From: Owenia fusiformis
Lineage: Eukaryota
Reading direction: 5' to 3'
Length of the DNA: 64,000 nucleotides
NCBI GenBank assembly: GCA_903813345.2
Contig: CAIIXF020000001.1
Span: 8,370,001 to 8,434,000 of the forward strand
Of this stretch, positions 22,282-37,200 are shown piece by piece. A program made the translations under genes and the position numbers. The notes under the pieces were generated by a model. It made no database searches. It had not been told where the DNA came from and was given only the letters and a program-made list of their open reading frames with translations. Within the stretch, counting starts at the first letter, position 1. The number at the start of each line of letters is the position of its first letter.

Positions 22282-25200
22282 ATGGAGGCAGGTACAGGAG
22301 AAATAGATGATCTTGCCGCTCTTAGTAGTCTCAGCGAACCCCTTCTCCTAGATGAGATAAGGATAAGATACAGCAAAGATATAATATACGTGAGTTACAA
22401 TAATCTGTTTGTATTTGTGGGATATATACATGTTTAGGGAGATCGTTGTATATAAATGTATAATGTATAAGTGTTTCACATTAAGTAGATGTTAAGGAAA
22501 TATATAGTTGTATTTTGTATTCCTTATTTAGATGTGATTGCATGGCATATTGCTAATATTGACCATAGGATACAGTCAAGCCTGTGTATTTGGGATAACC
22601 GTTCTCCCAACACAGGTTTTACTGGAGTGTTATAGCAAGTTATAGCAAAGTTATTTTCATTGAATAATCATCTTGAAGGAACATGATTTAATCCTGATGC
22701 ACTATTGATTTACATAATTCATGGGAAGGGGCAGACGGGAATACTAATTTGAACAATAATGAAAATAATTGAAAAAATTATTTTCTCCCAAAACAGGTTT
22801 TACTGTAGTGTTTAAACAAGTTATAGCAAAGTTATTTTCACTGAATAATCATCTTGAAGGAATATGATTTAATCCGTATTTATTTACATAGTTCATGGAA
22901 GGGGAAGGGAATTTTATTGTCATTTAGAGGTGTTAGATGGGATTTACTTCAATTTGCTTTACTCAATCATTTTATTTTAATTTGAATATGAAGAGAATTT
23001 GTATTTAAAAAGAAATCCTGAAGGATCACAATTTTTAGGACTGAGTGAATTTCAAACTACAGTACATGTAGTCAAATTGACATCATGCTTTGAGATCACC
23101 TAATAAACCAGAAATTGCATGAAGGGCGTTGTTTTTAAAAAGTTGTATCAGGTTAGATAAAAGCATTTCCCTATGATTCTATTTTTATGATTATTTATGT
23201 GACGTTTGATGTAGCTTTGAGGGTTTATACTGCCCTTTATCACCATTACATCCAAAAATTATCAAAAAACAAATTTGGTTAGATGCAATTACAGAAAACA
23301 GTGTTAGCCAGGATTCATAAATTGTGCCGTATTGCCTTTGCTATTTCTTCACATTGCAGTTATTGTTGTGATTTGTGACTTTGATAACCAATGCTTTACA
23401 TTTTGCATGTTGTTTCTGCATGGCTTTTTGACTTTTGTGTATTCTAGACCTACATTGGTGACATTCTAGTCGCAGTCAACCCATATAAACGACTGCCTAT
23501 ATATGGGCCAGAAATTTCTGAGAAATACAGCAATATTAAAGTAAGACAGCATCATTTGCCCCATCTCTATGCTATATCTGATCAAGCCTACCAGAAGCTA
23601 TGCAAGACAGGGGCAAGTCAGTGTTGTGTGGTCAGCGGGGAGTCTGGTGCAGGTAAATGGGACAAGGTTTAAATTATGTACTGTAAAACCTGTAATAAGT
23701 GAGCTTGAGAAATATTTGAATTTAGATATCGTAAACAGCTTACTATACAGGTATGTACATTCAAAACATATTACTGTACAGTGTACTTTGATAAAACTAA
23801 ATTGTCTGTTTTATAGATTGACCCATGTTTTTCATTTTGAATGATTGATACCTTCAGATTAGTAATAGTGTAAATACTTAAGTAGTAATTTCACCCTTGC
23901 ATGGTTTTATCTAATACTTTATTGTGAGTTCTATATTAAGGTAGCTTGCCTTGAATGTTTATATCAATTGTTCAGCAAAAACTTATCATTATGACAGAGG
24001 GGTTAATATTGATGGAGAAGATGAGTTTAAAATATTATTTTGAAAGTCTGAATTGAGATGAAAAGCAGTTTAGATCATCTACATTTCCGCATTTAATGTC
24101 TCGGGATTAAGAAACATCAAGGGTTCCATCAAATCTAAAAAATGTAGAAACAAATATATATATTTTTTTAATATGCTTTGAATGGCCAAACTGACCAGAG
24201 GAAGTACAATAACACAACATAAATCGTCCACTCCTCTTATTCAAGGATCTGGATCTGATTTAATGTTATTGAAGTCAATATCATATTTGGAAGACAAAGA
24301 CTTAGAAAATCAGAATTTTATTCAATCATTTGCTGAAGAGTTGTCAAAAGTCATGTTGTTATTATCAATATATTTTCGGGTTATTTTCTCAGGAAATGTT
24401 GAATATGCCACTATGAAACAATTTATCGGACCACATTTTCAATATATTCCAAATTACAGGTAAAACTGAAAGTACAAAACTCCTAGTGAAACACATTGTG
24501 AATACACTATGCAACCAGAAGGACACCAGCCTCCATGAACAGATTGTAGAGGTAATTAAACCACACTAGATATTACATGTTCTCTGGCATTGATATTCTT
24601 CAATACTTCCCTAGCCATTCTGTTAAATTAAATTGTTGCATTAAAATGTGGTTAATTGTTGTTTAGGGGCGGGGTCAAAATATCAATGTTCATATGGAGA
24701 CGAAAGTAATTTCGTTTGGACAACAACCCCCTCACCCCCCCTCTAGACGAAAGCTTAGGTCACTTCAAAAAAACATTGATTTTCAGTGACTGTCAATTGA
24801 TTTGGAACCCGGGTTATTATTACGGTGAATTAACACACGTTCGCAATTTAAAGGCAGAATCAGATCTATAGGGGGAGACAAAATTACAAGCAACGTGCAT
24901 AATTGACCTACCAATCTATTCCTTACAATCTCAAATACAATATCTCCCAAAAGATTCACAATATGCTATAAATTGGCGAACTTATTAATGATTCAAAGTG
25001 CAAAAATGGATGAAAAATGTTTAAATTCTCCCAAATAATAAGAATGGTAACCATTCTTATAGAAAAATAATACATTATTGTAAAAATCTTTTGTTTTCCT
25101 TGAATAAAGTATGTACTTTTGTGATTTTTAGAAAATAGACATGACAAGGAATGACATGAGCCAAAAATATTCTAAACTTGAAACAATTTTTTGTTTAGCC

Positions 25201-28200
25201 TGCTCGCTATCTCTGATTCTCTCTTTAACTGCATTGAACTCTTCAAAAGGAGGAGGGAAAAGTACGGAATTTATTTGAAAAATGATCAAATTATCGTCTT
25301 TATCTACCAATATTTTGGACATATCACACAAAAAAGCTCACGAACTATTGAAAACAAGCCTTTTTATCAGAACATAGCGCCAGAAAAAGTGGGTAAGTCC
25401 GATTATTTTTTGTATATCAGATCCGAATTATTGATGTTTTTTTTGGTCAACGAAAGTGCCCAAAAACCCCCTCCCCCCCTCGCGAAAGTACTTTCGTCTC
25501 CATATGAACATCGATATTTTGACCCCGCCCCTTAGTAAGTTAATTACTTCAGCATAAAAAATGAAGACAAATAAATAGAAATAGGTTCTGATTTATCAAG
25601 ATATAATAATAACAAAACCTTTTTTGTAGGTGAACCCTCTTTTGGAGGCATTTGGTAATGCACGTACTGTTATGAATGATAACTCAAGTAGATTCGGCAA
25701 GTTCATTGAGCTGAAGTTTACACCCGGGGGAGAGGTCATTGGAGGTATGTGATTATGCAACAGTGTAGAATTTGTATATCAATTTTTACTGCCAACTTTA
25801 TTAAATGCAGTGTCAGGTTATTTAGTATTTTTGTTACCAACAAAAATATTTTATCCCAAACAATTTCTGTTAATTGATAATCAGTAATTAAATGTTCTTT
25901 TGCCATAAGAGAGTTTTTGCAGCCATGGGGATGTATAAATGTATGCACCATATATTGTACGTACAATATTATGATGACCTTTCAGCCAGGATAGATGACT
26001 ACCTACTGGAGAAGTCACGTGTAGTCCACCAGGGTCCTGGAGAAAGAAACTTCCATGTGTTTTACTACATGTTTGCTGGAATGTCCAAAAAAGAATTGAA
26101 CGATCTTCTCTTAGGGAAGCCTGAGAAACATAGGTACATTTTATTCTCCTACTTGGGGGAGGACCTTACCATTTGAAGAAAATAGGCTTTATATATATCC
26201 AAGGGAAAATGTTATGGGTATAAATGAAAATCAAGTATTTTGTTGTAATAGTTTAAAATGTGCTTTATGTGTTAACAGCTAATGTGCTTTCATAGTGCCT
26301 GATTAAAAACATTTGTCTCATTTTTAAGAAAATTATACCACTTTTGATAAATAGAAAAGTGATAACATTCTCTATGAACGCATACAGCACTTTAGGTTAT
26401 TGTTTTATTTGTAGGTTCCTGAAGCCGCGGGATGGAAGTGCAGTTTACACATCTGAGTTAGATTTCTTCTATAACAAAGACATGTATAGAAAGCTGACTG
26501 AGATAATGGAACTAGTTGGTTTCACAGAACAAGACCGCAAAATGATCTTTGCACTCCTGGCTGCCATATTGTATGTGGGCGATATCCAGTTTGAGAAGGA
26601 TCCTGACACTGATGGGGTTTACATTGTAGATGAATATCCCCTTGATGTCGGTAAGTTAACTTTACTATCATGTATCCATGCTCATGATATACAGGCCCGT
26701 CAGATGGGGGGGTGCGATGGGTGCGACCGCACCCCCCTTTGACACCTCCCCCAAAAAAATTAAATTTTTTTTTTTTTAAATATTGAAAAATATTTTTTTG
26801 TACTTTTTTTTCATCATCTCATACACTTTTAAAGTGCCCAGAAAGCATCAAATAACATCTTAAAATTGTAAAATTTTCTACAGGGAGTGGGCCACCCCTC
26901 ACACCCCCCTCAATACAATGGAAAAGTTCTGAATTTATTTTATGTATTGTCTCAGACACTTTTAAAGTGCCCAAGTGCCCACACATCATCACATAGCTCC
27001 TTGATATAGTCAATGTTTCTGGGGGACTAACACTTGCTCCCCTTCGTGATCCCCATCCCACCTCCCTCTGGCACCCTCGCCCCCCTTGACACCCCTCCAA
27101 AAAATTGAAAAAATTGTGATTTTCTCAATTTTTTAATTCACTCATACACTTTGAAAGTGCCCAGAGAGCACTAAATAGCATTTTAAAATTGTAAAATTTT
27201 CTAGGGGGAGTGGGCCACCCCTCACACCCCAAAAAACAATTGAAAAGTTCTGAATTTATTTTATGTATCATCTCAGACACATGTAAAGTGCCCAGACATC
27301 ATCAAATAGCTCCTTGATATAGTCAATGATTCTGGGAGACTAACACTTACTCGCCCTCTTGCATCCCCATCCCACCTCCCCCTTTGACATCCCCCAAAAT
27401 ATTGTGACTTTTTCAAATTTTTTATCGAGTCATACACTTCGAACGTGCCCAGGAAGCACCAAATAGCATCTTAAAATTGTAAAATTTTCCAGGGAAGTAG
27501 GCCACCCCTCACATCCCCAACAAAACAATTGACAAAAATTCTTAATTTATTTCATGCATTGTCTCAGACACTTTTAAAATGCCAAGACTTCATCAAATAG
27601 CACCTTGATATGGTCAATGTTTCTGGGGGCAGATATGGGGACACACACTTGCTCCCCCTCTGGCACCCTAATCCCACTTCCCCTCTGGCATCCCCTTTGA
27701 CACCCCCTAAAATTGAAAAAATGTAATTGTTTTTCAATTTTTTTTTCGATTGACTCATACACTTTAAAAGTGCCCAGAAGCACCAAATATCATCTTAAAA
27801 TTGCAAAATTTTCTGGAAGAGTTGGCCACCCCTCACACTCCCCACAAAACAAAAAACAATTGAGAAAATTCTGAATTTCATGTATTGTCTCAGACATTTT
27901 TAAAGTGCCCAGACATCATCAAATGGCACCTTGATATGGTCATTGTTTCTTGGGGCAACCCCTTGCTCCCCCTCTGGCACTCCAACCCACTTCACTCTCT
28001 CATTCTCTTTGACATCCCCAAAAATAATTTGAAAAAAAATTCACATTTTATTGACTCATTCACTTTAAAAGTGCCCAGAAAGCACCAAATGGCATCTCAA
28101 AAGTGTAAAATTTTCTAGGGGGAGTGGGTCACTCCTCAAAAGTTTGGAAGTTGCATTTGTTAATTTTAAACACTTTAAGAGTGCCTAAAAGTCACCAAGT

Positions 28201-31200
28201 GACATAATGAAATCATAAAAAACATAAAAATTTCTGGCAGCCCACTCCAAAAACTAAAGCATTCATTTACTCAAACACATTAAAAGTGCTCAGAATTAAC
28301 CAGACAGCATCTTGAATTAGTAAAATTTTCCTTGCTGCCCCCCTAAGAAGAAATTGATTGAAAAAATCTGAATTTCTTATCAATAGATTCTATTCCAATT
28401 AAAACACCTTGAAAGGGTCCAGAAATCACTAAATGTGATCTTGAACTGGTAAAAGTTCTAGTAAGCTTACACCCTCCCCCTATTCTAGTGTTTCTCCAAA
28501 TTTCTCATACAATATTAAATATTGTAATATTAATATTATATTTAGTCTTAAAACAATACGTAAACAATAAAATACTACAAAATATAGGGAGTAACCGACC
28601 CCCCCCCCCTTTTGACTTACGCAATTTGATTTACGCGGCAAAAAAATTGACAATTTTATTTTCTCTTTAGTTAAAACCGCACCCCCCTTGGAGAAAAGTG
28701 TCTTACGGGCCTGATATATTAGATATCAGAACAGAAAGACAGTGAGGATTCTACCAGTTGATATCCTCACTGTACTTCAGGGTTACGGCACGATCAGTTT
28801 TTTTATAGTTTAAAAATTATTCAAGTTGATACATATCAATTTTTAGAACTAGTCACTTGATCATGCATTTTTAACACTGAGCATGGTAATGACTTATCCT
28901 TGCCAAATCATGCATATTGTATTTCAATATGTTTTGTTTCTATTTCAGTTGCCGATCTACTAGGGCTATACCCAGAGGAGCTAGCGAGGATATTGATATC
29001 AAATCTTGCCATAATTAGAGGTAGGTTTTCCTGTTTGGAAGTATGGGAGTAAATTTAATGATTAAAAGGATAATACAAAATTGTTTGCTGTTTCTGAGCT
29101 GCATGCTGATGACACTATGAAGGATTTCCCATTTAAATTGTAGTGGTGCAATGTTGTCAGAAGAATTGTATACAAAAAAAAGTTGCTTACATAATGTCTT
29201 GAATCAGTAGTTTATAATTTGTATAAACGTCATAGCGTCTATATCAAAATGTAAGCAGGCTCATATTGTGATAACCCTGTGGATATATTACTGTGACAGT
29301 TTGTTTTGAACTGTTTATATTTGAAGTAGAATGATATTGATTTAATACATGAAAATGATATTGAGATGTGTCTGCTGGTGTCTGTATAGTCATTTTAACC
29401 AGTTAGGTCTCAAACCTTCAAAATGACTACTTGTGATGTTACAATTATATTTATATGAGATGTCCACTACTGAACACACTTTAATTTGTTGTAATTCTAG
29501 GAGAAAGGATAGTCAGTATGAAGAATCTCTACCAAGCCAGTGATGGCCGTGACGCACTTGCCAAATCCTTATATGGTCGTCTTTTTGACTGGATCGTCAG
29601 GCAGATAAATATTAAATTGAAACCTGAGCATGCTGCAAGGTATGGAAGCATTTTGATTTGTCATTATTGTCAATATAAGCCTAACTTGTCATTGTGTTAT
29701 GTTATATGTTTAAGTACAATAAGTTTAGGAAATATTCAAAGTATACGAAACTGTATTTAGATTTGAAATGTATATTCATTTTGTTCAGCTGGACAGAATC
29801 TTGTTTCATGAAATTATGATTATTTGTATGAACTTCATGCATTAAAACTTCAATTTTTAAATTTCAGTGCTTCAGCACAGATAGGCATTCTAGACATAGC
29901 TGGATTTGAGAACTTTCCCCATAACAGCTTTGAGCAACTGTGTATTAATGTTGCCAATGAACAGCTGCAGTTTTATTTCAACCAACACATCTTCACATGG
30001 GAGCTGGATGAGTATGCTAAAGAAGGAGTCAAGGGAGAAAAGATTAAGTTTGTCAATAACCGCCCACTTCTGGATTTATTTCTAGAGGTAAGTTAGGTTT
30101 TTTTCTATATAGCATGGGTTTCCCGGCAAAGTACCAATGCATTATGGGTAATGAGGTTATGTACTCCGTAATATTGGTGTATATCTGAGAAAATATTTAT
30201 GAAGTATGGAAGAAGGAGCTGTTAGATTGTGTTACTTTGTGTGTTATATCATAGTTTGGGATATCGGAATCTTGAGCTATGACTAATTGAGCTTTTGGGT
30301 GTTTTTTGCTGCACATTGTCATCCTTGCACTACATTTAGTCAAATCAGGGAAGATGGTTTTTGTATTAAACTAAGTGGCACTTGTGCTCACATACTAACA
30401 ATATTTGCTCAACCTGGCCGAACAGTAAAGACTGGATATCTCGTGTGATTTTAAATTGAAACTACAGCGTCCTGACCAATGTCTGTGGTGGTGAATTAGG
30501 ATGTTAATTATGATTTAATTTTTTCTGATGATGAAGTATACAGAACAAAAACTTAAACAAATGAAATAAAGTATTTCAGAATTTTATTCAGAAATAAAAA
30601 AAGTTAAATAAAAAAATTCACTAGCAGTTTCTCGGTTGAATGTTAGCCCATAAGAAATGATGTGAGATTTGAATGTCCATTGCTTGAAATGCTAGAAGTT
30701 CAGTGACCTTGAATCTAATATGGATGATATGGTTGTATGTCAGGCTTAGTGCCTCTTTGTGACACAGACACCTGCGTATTCATCAAAGACAAGTCCGTAA
30801 GGGCAGGGACGGGCAAGGGCTTTTCCAGAGGCATCACACTGCCAGAAACAGCTTTCGTCAGAGTGCTTGAAGTGGAATTTCTGGGCAGGGGCCTGGTATG
30901 CGTTGTAGCTATTGTGCCTGTTGTAGCTATCATGTCCGTAGCTTGGCTGGGCAACGTATGTCTCAGCTGGGTAGTAGCTCTTGGGGCATGTGAAGTAGCT
31001 CTGGTAGGTGGTGGCACATTTCTTGCAAGTGTTGTACATGTAGGAGCCGTATCCATAGCTAGTACAGTGGCTGTAGCTGGTGGTCTCATAAGAGCTGTAG
31101 CTGCTGTGGCTGTTGTAGCTTGGGGCTTTGTAGCTGTCTTGACTCTTGTAGCTTGGGGCTTTGTAGCTCTCTTGACTCTTGTAGCTTGGGGCTTTGTAGC

Positions 31201-34200
31201 TGTCTTGACTCTTGTAGCTTGGGGCTTTGTAGCTGTCATGTCTGTTGTAGTGGTAGGTTTCCTTGTAGTAGCCATCATTCCTCTGGTAGGGGTTGGTGGG
31301 GTACTTGGGGTCATATGATTCACTGGAATTAAAGAAATTAAATCTTTTAGAAGTGGATGATTTAAAAAATAAGGTTTTTCATAGAATTGGGAATAAATAT
31401 GGGGAAGCCTTGCAGAAGGATTGGTGGCCTAGCAATGGTAATGGTTATTTCAGTCACCTTGCTGAACAAATAAGATATAGAACATAAATTGATAAGTTGT
31501 TTATTTGAAATAAAAGTAGATTTAAAGGCTGTATGTTATAAGTTTAACTACTGAATTGTTGATTTACTTGGATAGTTTAAGCTTCGAGTGATCCTGGCAG
31601 CCAATTCAAATATTCATTAATTTGAATTACACCTATAAAGATATTCTTCAGATTAATATTTTTATAAAGCAATATCGGATAAATGTTACATTACAAATGT
31701 CCCTTTTCATCAGTTCATGATAATTTAATTGTGTAAAAGAGGCATTCTCTCACATTTAATTGCATTCTTTTACTCTCATTATTCTTGTGTGGCAGTTGAT
31801 TAAGTGCATTTTAACTTTGTAAATTTGATAGTGCCCTGAAGTGACTTTTATAATGCTACAATATAATGGCACCACTCTGTAACCTCTGATCTCCAAGTGT
31901 CACTATTTTGTGCATAGAATATATTTTTATTCATACTGTCATTCTCATAGACCTGTCAGTATGCATATGATAAATTATGTGGCAAGTGGAATGCAAAAAT
32001 GTCTGATGACTTTTTTATTTAGTACCTTCATTACAAATAAGTTTGTTTATTTCTCTGTCAGATCCATAACCAAATGGATTTTGTTAAAAACCTGAATTCC
32101 AAAACATATGGGAAGGATTTAAGCTTTATTTTTTTAAATGTTGCATCAATGGTATTTCATTTAAAATATGGTTGACATGGTTGTCTGTTTTTCATAAAAG
32201 TTCAAGTGGAACTTCATTATTTGAGATAAAAATTCTTTATAGCTACATATATGAAATCTTCCTATGTTAAAAAAAATAATTAAATAAAAAAGATTGTAAA
32301 ATCAAATTCACCATACAATAATGACCAGCTTAAATATTGATGCTTGAAAAAGATAAAACCCAAATTGAAACAAAAGTTACTATACAATAAAATACATATT
32401 ACTTACGTGGCATATTCACTGGCCATTGCCACGGCAACGCATCCCAACAAAGCTACAAGTACAGTCTGCATGTTGATTGTCTGTGTTGTCAAGCTAAGAT
32501 AGATTGATATTTTCTGGAGAGCTCATTTGGCTTTTATACCCTAATCTAACTACCCAGGTGTTACCACAGGCTGAATATGTGACCAGAATAGTTTTGATCA
32601 TTTAATTAAAAATAAGTCAAGTCACATACAATACTGTACACATAAGTATTTTCTCAGTTTACAATTTACATTTTTATATATTCAAAGGAAATTTTGACTT
32701 TAGTTCTGTCTAATATATTTGGTGCATATATTATTGCTATAAACACTATTGTATTTTATAGAAAGTATAATAGTTCTAGAAATAGTATAATAGTTCTAGA
32801 AATAAGAAAAATATATGTTAGCAATAATGGATAACAATCAAGGTTACAGTTGTGAACTCTAGGTTTAAGCTATGTGTTCATTTTTCAGAATAGTACTACG
32901 GGGGAATATTTTGAATATATTCTCTCTAAAATGTCAAGAAGAGTCGAAATTACATTTCATCGGTGTTTGGACTTTATTTCCATGCATTTATCGTCATGTT
33001 CTCCGATTAGTGAGAGTTTTAGAACAGGAAATCTTTGAATTCTTCGTTTTATTACATAACAACTTCTCGAAGTATCAATTACATGCAATTAATATGATTT
33101 GAATTAAGTGATGTGACATGTGTTATGCCCAGGGACATCACCTGTGCTCATTATTGTGCAGACTTGTGTAGTGAGCGCTCAGAGAAAATCTTCATTACCT
33201 TGTTTTATCTGATATTGCGTACAAATGGGAAGGAAAACATGTGCATTAATGTTTAAGATAAATACAGGAGTATTAGGCTGTTTTAGGGGTCCTTGTGTTT
33301 GCTCTGTATAGAGCTATCACTTCAACAATACCACTCTCTCATTTCTCTCGTGTGCTGTTTAACCTCATGAAATGGTGCTGATTAGACATCAAATGTCCCT
33401 ATACTGTATATACATGAACATTTCATTAAAAAATATTTCAGAGGTTTTTCTATCAAAAATCATATTTTAGGTTTTGAATGGATAAACAATAAAAGAGGTT
33501 GAAAAACTTGAGACTGGTTTCTCTTGCAAAACAATCATGTCCCTAATTGCCAGACATGCCAAGCACTGCAATTCTAAAAACTCTGAATGTCTTACCTATG
33601 TTTACCCCATGTTTATGAATCCATTTGCAATCATGTATTATTTTGGTATTTCAGAAACCATTGGGTTTGTTCTCCTTACTGGATGAGGAGAGTAAGTTCC
33701 CCAAGGGATCAGAGCAGTCACTGTTAGAGAAGCTTCAGAAACACCTGGGCAAGAAGCAAGCATTTAAAGCATCTCGCTCAAGCCATGATCTGAGGTTTAC
33801 CATAGAGCATTATGCAGGAGAGGTGGGTGTTTCATATGTTTGATGTAAACTGTATAATGTATACTTGTGGTGCCAATGGTCTTTAAATATGCAATTTTAT
33901 ATTTACAAATCGCATAGATTTCTTTTGTTTTACCATTATATTGTCTTCGGTATTTTTGTTTAACCATTAGTGAACAGTTGCCTTCAGTACTTACTTATCT
34001 CAAAGAACAATTTTTATTTTTCAGATACATAATGAATCTTTGGATGTAGACAGGAAAACCTTAGGTCATAAGATCAACCCCAATACAATATTTCAATATT
34101 ATAAAACACCATTTTGACCTATCAGTCTATAATTGATACACTTTGACCTCAAGTTTATTGCGACCATAAATTAGCAACTACATTCCAGCCATATCCGGCA

Positions 34201-37200
34201 TTTGAATTTTATGATTATTTTGAAATTCATCAATTTCAAAAATTATTATTCTTGCAAAATATATTTCAATTTCAGGTGAATTATGACATGCATGCTTTCC
34301 TGGAGAAGAATCGTGACACACTAGGGGTGAATATAGTTGAGTGTATGCAGAATAGTGACAGTCAGATCGTAGCTGATTTATTTACTCCAAATGGATCATT
34401 TGAAACCAAGTAAGACATGATTTTAGATTTCCAGGTTTTAGATTTAAAAAGTTTTTACAAAAATTAGCTAAATTGTGACAAGTGAATGATTTTATGTCTT
34501 TTACTTATTTTTTAATAATAAATAATACATTTTTTTCAAAAGATAAGATTTATCTTTGTCACAATTAATACTTCTTAATATACATACTGTTTTAAATTCA
34601 AAAATAATTTTATTGTGAAAACAAAATTCACCTTGTATTTATATATTTGTATGGTTGTGTGTATTATTTGTAGCAACAATTCAATGCAGAGAACTAGAAA
34701 GTCAGTGCTCTACTGTAAAGCTCCAGATCCAAAACGGTTTGAAAGTTTGTCAAGAAAAGCAGCAAAAAAATTGCTCAAAGAAAAGTAAGTTTTAATTTCA
34801 ACTGCTTATTAGACGAGTACATATTCTGCCAAGATGTTTTATTAGTTATTTTATTGGTGAATGGTGAATAGGGCCATGTTGCTACTTTATATCACCAGCA
34901 TTCCTGGTGGTTATAAAGTCTTCAGATCACATTCTTTAAGGAGAATATGAAAGTCAGATTGTATTTTGAAAAAAACTGAACAATATATTTTTAAGAATAC
35001 AACACAACCCCAAAAATTTGGATTTAGAAAACTGCACAACCCAAGAAATTTGGATTTCAAATAATCAATTTTGTAGAAATCCCAATAGTATGCATTGGGG
35101 GGAGGGCTACAATATTTGTATCCAAAACTTAACCTAGCATATTATGTTTATACTGAATAATGTAATGAGTTTGTATTTTAGAGCTAAGCATTCCGGTGCA
35201 CCTGATTCAGCAGTACAGAAAACAGTCAGTGCCTATTTCACAGTAAGTAAAACTTTAACATTTGTTTAATGAAAATTATTGTCTATATTGTATAGTGTTA
35301 TTAATTCAGTACTACAGGCCTTGTTGTAGAGAAAGCTCATAGTGTAAATTCACTTTATTATTAGGCTTTAACTTTTTTAATAACTACTTTATTGCTTCTT
35401 GTAGAGTTCCCTGACTGAACTGATGAGGAAATTGCTGGAAGCTGAGCCACAGTTTATTAGGTCAGTTCATGTATATACAACTTGTATATCGCCAGAAATA
35501 CAGACTGCTGGACTTATTCAGTTTTAGTTCACACCATGGATCAAATTTTTTTGTTTTATGCACAACAGTGAATTTAGTAGTTTCTTCTTGGGATATGTGT
35601 TTTATTTTTGTAACATTTAGAGTATTTAGTTGATCTTTATCTTGAATGAAGAAGTAAAAATGTATGAATATGTTTTGTTATTTATTAATATATTTTTAGG
35701 TGTATAAAACCAAACACTGATCAAAGACCAAACATATTTGACTCCCGAATAATCCTCCAACAGTTGCGTTACACTGGGGTTCTAGAAACAGTGAGGATTA
35801 GACGGATGGGCTTCCCTACACGCTTGCCTCTGGAGGTGTTTGTAAAGCGCTACAGAATTATTGCATTTTCTTTCACTGGTCACGTGGAGCCCTCACACGG
35901 CAACTGTCGCAGAATCATAAACAAAGCGAACCTTCACAATTGTGAGATTGGAAAGAATAAGGTGAGCTTTATAATGACATATTGCCAGTGATACTACAGT
36001 GAAACCTGTATAATCTGAACAGTTCTGAATGCCGATGGGACCAGTCAAAAGTATTTGGATTAGCAGGTATTCACATTTCAAGGTTTTTTATAGGTCAATG
36101 GAAGATAAGAAATTTGGTACCAAGCAAAAGTGTTCACATTGAGAAGTAATCGAATTAGATACATGTTTGGATATACAGGTTTCATTGTATTATGTAATCA
36201 CAGGCCTGTTATAAGTGCTAGACCAGGATGTTTATTCTGAATCTAGTACTATATATACAGAGATAATCTTTGTACTTTCACATAAACATACCACTTGACT
36301 GTGCAATACAGTATCTTGTTGTGTTGTAATAATTCTTGGAACCCTTCTAAGATAGCACTTTGTCCTGGCAAACTTAGATAGTTTAACTGCTAAAGACGTT
36401 ATTGTATCACCACGCTTGTTAATAATAGAAACACCTTGATAAATGGTTTTAAATCAATTACCACTTCATACATTGGAAATGATAGTATTTGTGTGATAAG
36501 GAGGGAACTTCAGCTTTCTTAGAAAATCTCATCCATTCTATGATATGTAAACATTTTATCTCATATAATTATCAACAATTGTGAAAGAATGAAGTTAATT
36601 TTGTTTGAGGTGGGTAATGAGTGAGGAGTGCTAATTATTTAATACTCAAGTGAAGGACATATCAACATTTTTAAATTTCTCTATATGAGGGGAGGGGAGC
36701 AAACCATAAAAAATTCATTTCTCCACAACTGTTGATTAATGGACACAATCCCTAAAATAAAGTATGTTTAATCTCTGTTATTTTCTTGGAATTTTACAGG
36801 TGTTCCTGAAATACTGGCACAATGAGCAACTTGACCTTTGTCTGGACAGGGTCATTAAAGACATTGTATTTGTGCAGTCATATGTGAGGGGATTCCTGGC
36901 TAGGAAACGTATAAAAGTTATCTTAGCTAACGTGCACAGGTCGAAGAGTCTGTTGTCAACATTCATGGTGATGTTATCTCAGGATACAGAGAGGTTGTTT
37001 TATACAATGAATTCACAAAGAGAGCATGATGCAGCGAGACATGAACGAGAGGTAACGATTGCAGCTTTTCTTTATTTTTAAACGTACATGTTCAGTAAAT
37101 ATATATATCTTTTATTGACTCTTAGAATGTCATGGTATGACACATTAGTCAGTCTCATTAAACGTGAGTAAGTGGAACACCTTTTGTACCTCTAAAAAGT

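Noticed and set aside
22600-22910. ~180-bp tandem duplication in myosin intron 1
   Set aside because: Ordinary two-copy local duplication with no coding or structural signal.
30715-31323. 202-aa Thr-rich minus ORF and 193-aa Val-rich plus ORF (30737-31318)
   Set aside because: Shadow frames of the 33-bp repeat. Splice phase from the signal-peptide exon selects the Tyr-rich frame ending in the Cys motif.
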